From positions 19,346-83,345 of the forward strand of contig CAYVOC010000003.1 of the NCBI GenBank assembly GCA_964453345.1: a stretch of DNA of 64,000 bases, written 5' to 3'. Source of the stretch: an uncultured Aquificales bacterium (GTDB lineage: Bacteria > Thermosulfidibacterota > Thermosulfidibacteria > Thermosulfidibacterales > Thermosulfidibacteraceae). Positions 57,287 to 64,000 of this stretch are shown piece after piece (positions within the stretch are counted from its first letter, which is position 1; each line of letters opens with the position of its first letter). Position numbers and translations under genes: made by a program. A model generated the notes under the pieces. The model searched no databases and was not told the DNA's origin. It worked only from the letters and a program-made list of their open reading frames with translations.

Positions 57287-58416
57287 TGGCGAGGCTCTAC
57301 GTTGTGGGGGCTCTTGGAAGGAAGGTGGAGATCCCCGATGATGCCGATGTGGTTGCCGCCTTTCCCACGGTTGCGGAGGCTATAGGGGTAGAGGCTGAGA
57401 TCCTTCCCTATCCCGTTGATAGGGCCCTTGACAGGATTGAGGAGCTTCTGAAAAGGGGGAGGGTTGCCGTTGTCCTTTCGGGAGACCCCCTCTTTTACGG
57501 ATACGGGGAAAAAATAAAAGAGAGGTTTCCGGAGGCTGTTATAATCCCATCTGTCAGCTACATGCAGTATGCCTTCTCCCTCATGGGGAGATCCTGGCAG
57601 GATGCGAACTTTGTGAGCATCCATGCAAGGCCCATGGAGGAGGTGCTTACGGCTTTAAGGGGTGAGGGAAGGTATCTTTTCGTCTTCACCGATAAAAGGA
57701 ACTCCCCGGACAGGCTTGCGGCCTTTCTGCTTGATAGGGGGATTGAGGTTGAGGCCTTCTGGGTCTTTGAGAGACTCGCCCTTGAGGGTGAAACCTTTTC
57801 GAAGCTCACCCTTGAGCAGGCCAAAAACCGTAAATTTGCCTATCCCAACTGCGTCGTAATAGAGAAGAAGAGGGGTTCTTGTGCCGATGTCTGGGATGAT
57901 TCCTCGTATCTCACAAGAAAGGGCCTTCTGACCAAGGCCCCTGTGAGGGCTATCGTCTCTTCCCTCGTCGGTTCTGGAAAGGTCTTCTGGGATGTGGGAG
58001 CGGGAACCGGATCCGTTTCCATAACCCTTTCGGCCAATTTTGATCTGCTCTACGCTGTGGAAAAGGACAATGTGGACCTTTTGAAGGAGAATATAAAGCA
58101 TTTTGCCGCCTGGAATGTTATCCCTGTTGAAGGGGAGGCACCTGCTGCCCTTAAAGATCTGCCCGATCCCGATGCGGTTTTTCTGGGCTGCGGGCACCGG
58201 AATTTTTTTGACATTGTGGATGCGGTGTGGGAGAGATTGAAGGAGAGTGGAAGGGTTGTGGCCACCTTCGTATCCACCAGGGGCGTGGAGGCGGGGTTAA
58301 GGGCTAAGGATGTTTACGGTGGAAGGCTTTTTCAGATCATCCTTTGCGATTACTCTGAAGATATGGGCAGGGTGAGGGTTCCCGTATGGATATGGGCATC
58401 GCAAAGGTCTACATAA
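57283..58416 (+). CDS. cbiET: Fused cobalt-precorrin-7 C5-methyltransferase / C15-methyltransferase-decarboxylase (CbiE-CbiT)
   Basis: LSGDPLFYGYG, FVSIHAR, then LTKAPVR, WDVGAGTGSVSI, GEAPAALKDLPDPDAVFLG. Confidence 0.88.
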   Translation: MMARLYVVGALGRKVEIPDDADVVAAFPTVAEAIGVEAEILPYPVDRALDRIEELLKRGRVAVVLSGDPLFYGYGEKIKERFPEAVIIPSVSYMQYAFSLMGRSWQDANFVSIHARPMEEVLTALRGEGRYLFVFTDKRNSPDRLAAFLLDRGIEVEAFWVFERLALEGETFSKLTLEQAKNRKFAYPNCVVIEKKRGSCADVWDDSSYLTRKGLLTKAPVRAIVSSLVGSGKVFWDVGAGTGSVSITLSANFDLLYAVEKDNVDLLKENIKHFAAWNVIPVEGEAPAALKDLPDPDAVFLGCGHRNFFDIVDAVWERLKESGRVVATFVSTRGVEAGLRAKDVYGGRLFQIILCDYSEDMGRVRVPVWIWASQRST

Positions 58417-59966
58417 TAGGGGCGGGGCCCGGTGATCCGGAGCTTCTGACCCTCAAGGGATTTGAGCTTCTCAGCCAGGCGGATCTTGTGGTCTATGCGG
58501 GTTCCCTTGTGAACCCCGATATACTCAGCTTCTGCAAGGATGGTGCCCAGCTCGTCAACAGCCATGGAAAGAAGCTGGATGAGCTGGTGCAGCTTATGGC
58601 CTGGGAGGCCCTTTCCGGTAAAAAGGTGGTCAGGCTCGCCTCCGGTGATCCATCCCTATACGGCTCCCTGAAGGAGATGAGGGAGGAGCTGGGAAAACTC
58701 GGGGTTGATGTTGAAGTCATTCCCGGAGTCTCTTCCCTTTTTGCCGGTGCGGCCGCTTTGAAGGAGGAGTTTACGGTTCCAGAGGGTCCCCAGAGCCTTG
58801 TGGTGACCAGGCTTCCCGGAAAAACCCCGGTCAGGCCCCAGGAGGCCCTTGAGAGATTTGCCGCAACGGGCGCTTCAATAGCCATCTTTTTGAGCGTGGA
58901 CAAGCTTGAGGAGATAAAGAGAAGGTGCTTGAGGGCTGGGCTTAGTCCGGATACACCTGTTGCGGTTGTCTACAAGGCGAGCTGGCAGGATCAGAGGATT
59001 TACGAGACCACCTTGGGGGAGCTTTCCCCCATTGAAGGTGTTGAGGGGTCCGCCATAGTTTACATACTCCCCGGTAGAAACCTTGAAGGAAGAAGATCCC
59101 ACTTATACGGCGGGGAGGCGAAGTCTAAGGCGGTCCACTACGATGACGAGTTCAACATAGTCTCCGCCGGCGGATACGGGATAAGGGTGGTGAGAAGGAT
59201 CCTTGAGCACTTCCACGCCTCAAGCGTGGTGGCGGGGTGTGCTCTAAGGGAATGCTTTTTGAAGGCCTGGTCGTCAGGCAAACCCGTTGTCTTTGTGGGA
59301 CCTGTGGGTGTTGCGGTGAGACTGGCGGCTCCCCTTATCAGGGACAAGAGCGTGGATCCTCCCCTGGTCTGTGTGGATATAGCGGGTTCCTTTGTGGTGT
59401 CGGTGCTTGGAGGACACAGGGGGGCGAATGCTCTTGCCAGGAGGATCGCTTCGGTTCTGGGGTCCGTTCCCGTGATAACCACGGGAACGGAGGCTTTGGG
59501 CGTTGCTTCCCTTGAGGAGGTTTTGATCGAGCGGGGCTTGGAACTTATCGGTGGAGATGCCAAGCGCTTCAACAGCGCTTCCATAAGGGGTGCCTCTGTC
59601 TATATAGTGGGTATGGGATGGCGGAAGGACCCCACGCAGGAGTGCTTCAAAAGGGTTCTCGATGAGGTGGCTTCCCTTGTTGATGCGGGCAGAGTGGCGG
59701 TTGTTGCCTGTCCCCTCTTCAAGGCCGGGGAGGCTAAAAAGTTGCTTTTGCCCCTCTTGCCCAAGGGGGTGGCCCTTGTGGGGGTTCCGGAGGATGTTAT
59801 AAACGCCCATCCCGGCGTCAGTCCTTCCCGCGCCCAGGATAAACTCGGGCTTGTTGGGGTTGCGGAGCCGTGCGCTTTGTCAGTGGTGGAAGGTTCGCAT
59901 CTTGTGGTTGAAAAGAGGGTTGTGGACTGCGCCACCTTTGCCGTTGCGGAGGTCTCCCTTGGCTGA
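58386..59966 (+). CDS. cbiFG: Fused precorrin-4 C11-methyltransferase (CbiF/CobM) and CbiG
   Basis: IGAGPGDPELLTLKG, YAGSLV, RLASGDPSLYG, RRSHLY, then GVAVRLAAPLIRDKSVDPPLV, LGGHRGANALA, PVITTGT, GVAEPCAL. Confidence 0.88.
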   Translation: MDMGIAKVYIIGAGPGDPELLTLKGFELLSQADLVVYAGSLVNPDILSFCKDGAQLVNSHGKKLDELVQLMAWEALSGKKVVRLASGDPSLYGSLKEMREELGKLGVDVEVIPGVSSLFAGAAALKEEFTVPEGPQSLVVTRLPGKTPVRPQEALERFAATGASIAIFLSVDKLEEIKRRCLRAGLSPDTPVAVVYKASWQDQRIYETTLGELSPIEGVEGSAIVYILPGRNLEGRRSHLYGGEAKSKAVHYDDEFNIVSAGGYGIRVVRRILEHFHASSVVAGCALRECFLKAWSSGKPVVFVGPVGVAVRLAAPLIRDKSVDPPLVCVDIAGSFVVSVLGGHRGANALARRIASVLGSVPVITTGTEALGVASLEEVLIERGLELIGGDAKRFNSASIRGASVYIVGMGWRKDPTQECFKRVLDEVASLVDAGRVAVVACPLFKAGEAKKLLLPLLPKGVALVGVPEDVINAHPGVSPSRAQDKLGLVGVAEPCALSVVEGSHLVVEKRVVDCATFAVAEVSLG

Positions 59967-61356
59967 GGGCGCCCTCTTTGTGGTTGGCATTGGACCGGGG
60001 ATCCCCGATCAGATGACGGGCTACGCTTTGAAGGTCTTAAGGGAAGTAGATTGTGTGGTGGGCTACGAAAAATACATACAGTCGGTCAGGGATCTCACAC
60101 AGGCCGAGTGTGTCTCGTATCCCATGGGGAAGGAGATCGACAGGTGCAGATTTGCCCTCGAGCTTGCAAAAAGAAAGAGGGTGGCGGTTGTATCAAGCGG
60201 CGATCCGGGGATATTCGGCATGGCATCCCTGTGCCTTGAGCTGGCCGAGGAGACTATACCCGTTGAGGTCGTTCCGGGGATGCCCGCCCTCTCCTTTGCC
60301 GCATCTAAGGTGGGGGTTCCCTTGGGTGGGGATTTCCTTCTCGTGTCTCTTTCGGATCTTCTCGTTCCCTGGGAGCGCATAGTCTATATGCTGGACAGAG
60401 CCGCTCTTTCGGATGTTGCTGTTGTCATAATAAATCCGGGAAGCAAAAAAAGAAAAAGGCACCTTTCCCTTGCGGCAAATACCCTTTTGAGATACAGACC
60501 TCCCGACACGCCTGTGGCCATTGTGGAGGATGCATATACCCCGAGGGAGAGGGTGTGCATAACCACCCTTGCGGAGCTTGAAGATTTAGAGTTTACCAAC
60601 ATGAACGCCACGGTCTTTGTGGGAACAACAAGAACGGTGCTAAAAGGAAACCGGCTTATCACCGATAGGGGCTACTTTAGAAAGGGGATCACCTCCTATT
60701 TTGTGGAGCTGGGAGGGGAGGAGGATCCGGAGGAGATTGAGGCCAAAAGCTTAAAGTTCATCAGGGATCACCTGAAGGCCTGCAGATTTTCGGATGCCGA
60801 GCTTGAGGTTGTGGCGAGGATGGTTCACGCCTCGGCGGATTTCTCTATAGCCTCCCTTGTGAGGTTCTCCTCCGGTTTTGTGGATCACACTTTGAAGATG
60901 CTTTCCAGCGGCTGTCGGGTCTTTGTTGACACGGGCATGGCCCTGGCCGGTGTTTCCATGCGGCTTGCGCGGTGCATGGGCGTCTCCGTTGAGAGATTGC
61001 CGAAGGTGGGCGATGCCCCTTCCGGCATGACAAAGAGTGCATGGGCCTTGAGGTCCTTGGGAGAAAGGCTGAGGGGAAGCCTCCTTGTTGTGGGAAACGC
61101 TCCCACTGTCCTCAAGGAGGCGGTGAAGATGCATTACGAGGGGATGGGACCTGATGCCGTTATAGCCGTCCCTGTGGGCTTTGTGGGAACGGTGTCTGCC
61201 AAGAGGGGGATTATGGAGTCGGGGATTCCCCATCTTGTGGTTGAGGGTAATCGTGGGGGGACCCCCGTGGCCGTTGCGGCTCTCAATGCGCTTTTGAGGC
61301 TTGCCCATGGATCGAATAGAGGAGCTTCTCAGGGATTACCAGACCCTTCGCAGTGA
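59959..61356 (+). CDS. cbiHC: Fused precorrin-3B C17-methyltransferase (CbiH/CobJ) and precorrin-8 methylmutase (CbiC/CobH)
   Basis: Likely TTG start at 59959. VVGIGPG, SSGDPGIFGMA, SLSDLLVPWE, ITDRGY, then PEEIEAKS, RMVHASADF, VGNAPT, VPVGFVG, GNRGGTPVAVAALNAL. Confidence 0.88.
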   Translation: MAEGALFVVGIGPGIPDQMTGYALKVLREVDCVVGYEKYIQSVRDLTQAECVSYPMGKEIDRCRFALELAKRKRVAVVSSGDPGIFGMASLCLELAEETIPVEVVPGMPALSFAASKVGVPLGGDFLLVSLSDLLVPWERIVYMLDRAALSDVAVVIINPGSKKRKRHLSLAANTLLRYRPPDTPVAIVEDAYTPRERVCITTLAELEDLEFTNMNATVFVGTTRTVLKGNRLITDRGYFRKGITSYFVELGGEEDPEEIEAKSLKFIRDHLKACRFSDAELEVVARMVHASADFSIASLVRFSSGFVDHTLKMLSSGCRVFVDTGMALAGVSMRLARCMGVSVERLPKVGDAPSGMTKSAWALRSLGERLRGSLLVVGNAPTVLKEAVKMHYEGMGPDAVIAVPVGFVGTVSAKRGIMESGIPHLVVEGNRGGTPVAVAALNALLRLAHGSNRGASQGLPDPSQ

Positions 61357-61954
61357 AATAGAATCGAGAATCTCCCACTTTGAGGAGCTGTGGCGGAAGG
61401 GATCGGAGCATGATCTATTTAAAGAGGCTGTCTTCTGCCTTTTTACCCCCCAGTCCAAGGCTGTCAGTTGCTGGAGGGCCGTTGAACTGCTCGACGAAGG
61501 TGGGTTGATATACGAAGGGGAACCTGAAGCTGTCTCCGAAACGATAAGGGGACTTGTGAGGTTTCACAGGGTCAAGGCTGAAAATCTTGTGCTCCTGAGG
61601 CAGCTGTTTGTGAGGAATGGTTCCCCCTGTATTAGGGAAATTATCGGAAAGTTTCCCGATGCCCGCAGGGCGAGAAGGTGGCTCGTGGAGAATGTGAGGG
61701 GGTATGGGCTTAAGGAGGCAAGCCACTTTTTGAGGAACATAGGCTTTGGCTTAGATCTTGCCATTGTTGACAGGCACATACTCAGGTGCATGAAGGATCT
61801 GGGTATAATTGAGAAAGTGCCCGGAAATCTCTCCTACAGCCGCTACCTTGAGATTGAAAGCCTGCTAAAGGAATTTTCCAGTAAGGTGGGGATTCCCTTT
61901 GCCCATCTGGATCTGCTTTTCTGGGCAAAAAAGGTAGGCTTTGTTTTTAAGTAG
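61307..61954 (+). CDS. ogg: 8-oxoguanine DNA glycosylase/AP lyase (Ogg2, archaeal/Thermotoga type)
   Basis: FCLFTPQSKA, VRFH..KA, GYGLKEASHFLRNIG, AIVDRHIL, YLEIE, LDLLFW..VFK C-terminus. Confidence 0.92.
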   Translation: MDRIEELLRDYQTLRSEIESRISHFEELWRKGSEHDLFKEAVFCLFTPQSKAVSCWRAVELLDEGGLIYEGEPEAVSETIRGLVRFHRVKAENLVLLRQLFVRNGSPCIREIIGKFPDARRARRWLVENVRGYGLKEASHFLRNIGFGLDLAIVDRHILRCMKDLGIIEKVPGNLSYSRYLEIESLLKEFSSKVGIPFAHLDLLFWAKKVGFVFK

Positions 61955-61957
61955 CAT

Positions 61958-61986
61958 TTGATTTTTCTGTTAAGTTGGATTAACTT
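61958..61986 (+). promoter_or_regulatory. Putative sigma70 promoter of the Fur/PerR gene, overlapped by AT-rich inverted repeats
   Basis: TTGATT-N17-TAACTT. Nested dyads GTTAA-N6-TTAAC and AAGTT-N5-AACTT. Confidence 0.5.
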
Positions 61987-62016
61987 TAAAACAAACCCCC
62001 TAAGGAGTGTTGGATT

Positions 62017-62439
62017 ATGAGGGAGGTAAAGATAGAGGATCTGAGGAATCTGTTGAAGGAAAAGGGGATACAGCCGTCCTATCATAGACTTCAGGTGTTG
62101 AAGTTCCTCATGGAGAACAGGGTGCATCCCACGGTGGACATGATATACAGGGATCTGGCCAAGAAAATCCCAACGCTCTCCAAGACCACCGTGTATAACA
62201 CCCTCAACCTTTTTGCCGAAAAGGGGCTGGTTAATGTTCTCACCATAGAGGAGAGGGAAGCGAGATACGACATAGACACATCCTTCCATGCCCACTTCAA
62301 GTGTGAAAAATGCGGAATGGTCTATGATGTGAAGAGGGTGGATGTGAAGATTTCCGATGAGGAGCTGAAGGGCTTTGAAATAGGCTCAATCCACCTCTAC
62401 ATCAAGGGAATATGCCCTGAATGCAGAAGGGACTCCTGA
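62017..62439 (+). CDS. Fur-family regulator, PerR-like
   Basis: HPTVDMIY, SKTTVYNTL, RYDIDTSFHAHFKCEKCG..D, GICPEC. Confidence 0.9.
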   Translation: MREVKIEDLRNLLKEKGIQPSYHRLQVLKFLMENRVHPTVDMIYRDLAKKIPTLSKTTVYNTLNLFAEKGLVNVLTIEEREARYDIDTSFHAHFKCEKCGMVYDVKRVDVKISDEELKGFEIGSIHLYIKGICPECRRDS

Positions 62440-63122
62440 GGGTTGAGGCGGACGGGGAAGCGGTTGTATTATCGAGGCCCAACCGCTTTGTGGTCGAGCT
62501 TGAGATAGATGGCGTAAGGGATTTCGCCCATCTCAGGGATCCGGGGAGGCTGAGGGAGCTTATATACCCCGGAAACAGGGTTCTTGTTAAAAGAGCCGAA
62601 GGCTCCGGCAGAAAGACCTCCTGGGATGTTCTGGCGGCTGATAGCCCTGCCGGCTGGGTCTTTGTCAACTCGGGATACCACAGGCGCTTGGGGGAGCTGA
62701 TAATAGAGGGAGGATTTCTGCCCTACACTGTAAAGAGATACAGCGCCGAGGTTAAGAGGGGGAAGAGCAGGCTGGACTACCTGCTGGAGCTTGACGGGGG
62801 CAGGATGTGGGTGGAACTCAAGGGCTGCACACTTGTGAAAGAGGGAGTGGCTCTTTTCCCAGATGCCCCCACCTCAAGGGGGGCAAGACATGTCCTTGAA
62901 CTTGCAGAGGCGGTGGAGGATGGTGACAGGGCGCTGCTTTTGGTGCTCGTTTTCAGAAAGGATGCCCTTCGCTTTCTGCCCAATGCAGAAACAGACCCCG
63001 ATTTTGCAGCGGCCTACTGGAACGCCTTAAAAGCCGGGGTTGAGGTTCTGCCCATCCTTATAGGATACAACTCAATCTGGCTGACCTTCGAGGGCTTTCT
63101 ACCCGCCGGGGTTGCGTTATAG
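62421..63122 (+). CDS. sfsA: DNA/RNA nuclease SfsA
   Basis: RPNRF, HLRDPGRLRELI, EVKRGKSRLDY, VELKGCTL, FPDAPTSRGARH. Confidence 0.93.
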   Translation: MQKGLLRVEADGEAVVLSRPNRFVVELEIDGVRDFAHLRDPGRLRELIYPGNRVLVKRAEGSGRKTSWDVLAADSPAGWVFVNSGYHRRLGELIIEGGFLPYTVKRYSAEVKRGKSRLDYLLELDGGRMWVELKGCTLVKEGVALFPDAPTSRGARHVLELAEAVEDGDRALLLVLVFRKDALRFLPNAETDPDFAAAYWNALKAGVEVLPILIGYNSIWLTFEGFLPAGVAL

Positions 63123-63938
63123 CAGATCTCCAACCCTCTCCTTTATCTTTTTGCCTATCTCGTAGCCCATGGCGGCGGAGAGTTTCTGTCCCGCCTCCTT
63201 TATGACAGGGACAAGCTCCTTTTCTATTCTCTCCATGCTGAAGCGGGTTACGGGACCCGATATGGAGATGCCGGCCACAACCCTTGTGGTGTAGTTGAAC
63301 ACGGGAACCGCCACACAGTTCACACCAGGCTCGGTCTCCTCCATATCGATGGAGTATCCCCTCTCCCTAACCTTGGCCAGCTCTTCTTTTAGCTGTGATT
63401 TCGTTTTTATGGTGTTTTCGGTGTAGGTGGGCAGGTTCTCCTCCGGGTATATGCGATCAACAGTTTCCTCGCCCATATAAGCAAGAATGGCCTTTCCCAG
63501 GGCTGTGGAGTGGGGCCTGAACCTTGATCCCACCCTCGATATGGCCCTGACCGGCTTTGTGGTCTCCTCTGACATGAGGTAAACCACATACTCACCCCTG
63601 AGATCTCCCAGATAGGCCGTTTCGTTGCACTTGGAGACGATATACTCCAGCACCGGCTTTGCCTTCTTAAATATCTGCAATCTCCTTGTATATACCTCAC
63701 CGAGTTCAAATATCTTCAGCCCCAGCTTGTATCCCCCCGTTATTCGGCTTTTCTCAACAAATCCCCTGTATTCGAGGGTCGTGAGAAGTCGCTGGACTTG
63801 CGTTTTATTAAGCCCTAAGCGCTTGACGAGTTCATTTATACTTATCTCCTCTTCATCCAGCGAAAAGCACTCAAGAATATCACACGCATTTGACACGGAC
63901 TGTATCAGATACTCCGACTTTTCCCTCTTCCTGACCAT
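63117..63938 (-). CDS. IclR-family transcriptional regulator
   Basis: IQSVSNACDILE HTH, YKLGLKIFELG, HSTALGKAILA, RERGYSIDMEE, ISISGP. Likely ATG at 63938. Confidence 0.95.
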   Translation of the reverse strand: MVRKREKSEYLIQSVSNACDILECFSLDEEEISINELVKRLGLNKTQVQRLLTTLEYRGFVEKSRITGGYKLGLKIFELGEVYTRRLQIFKKAKPVLEYIVSKCNETAYLGDLRGEYVVYLMSEETTKPVRAISRVGSRFRPHSTALGKAILAYMGEETVDRIYPEENLPTYTENTIKTKSQLKEELAKVRERGYSIDMEETEPGVNCVAVPVFNYTTRVVAGISISGPVTRFSMERIEKELVPVIKEAGQKLSAAMGYEIGKKIKERVGDLL

Positions 63939-63967
63939 CCCTGGCCCTGCCTCCAACTTTTTTCTGC

Positions 63968-63996
63968 ACACTAAAACAAAGTTTATGTATTGTCAA
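63968..63996 (-). promoter_or_regulatory. Putative sigma70 promoter for the IclR gene
   Basis: Minus strand TTGACA-N17-TAGTGT, 30 nt upstream of the ATG. Confidence 0.55.
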
Positions 63997-64000
63997 GGCC

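Overview
Very gene-dense 64 kb chromosomal segment from a diderm, probably thermophilic and anaerobic bacterium. This is inferred from heavy AGG/AGA/ATA codon use, E/K/R-rich proteins, an Mla system, anaerobic-type cobalamin genes, hypE and selAB; the taxonomy cannot be established from sequence alone. About 66 CDS and one tRNA-Arg(CCG) are present, mostly housekeeping: pilC, bioB, glnE, selA-selB-LysR, mreBCD, ribE, cobT/cbiB, mgtE, era, mlaEFDAC, zapB/zapA, rarA, rny-ymdB-folD-xseA, three fused cbi genes, ogg, a PerR-like regulator, sfsA and an IclR regulator. I saw no CRISPR array, integrase, transposase or prophage. The most interesting element is a lower-GC block of eight co-oriented genes (5197-17664) closed by a perfect 13-bp hairpin. 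It encodes a diguanylate cyclase, an AsmA-like protein, a TPR-SpoIID lytic transglycosylase, and five exported proteins/lipoproteins with FlgT/LPP20-, CsgG-, FN3-, TPR- and SLH-like domains. It is a candidate uncharacterised envelope-spanning machine. Other oddities are an MreB with an actin-like Gln at the catalytic Glu position, rarA in the slot where 6S RNA is often found, and a glycosyltransferase whose apparent N-terminus lacks a canonical start codon. All family assignments come from motif recognition by eye, not from database searches.
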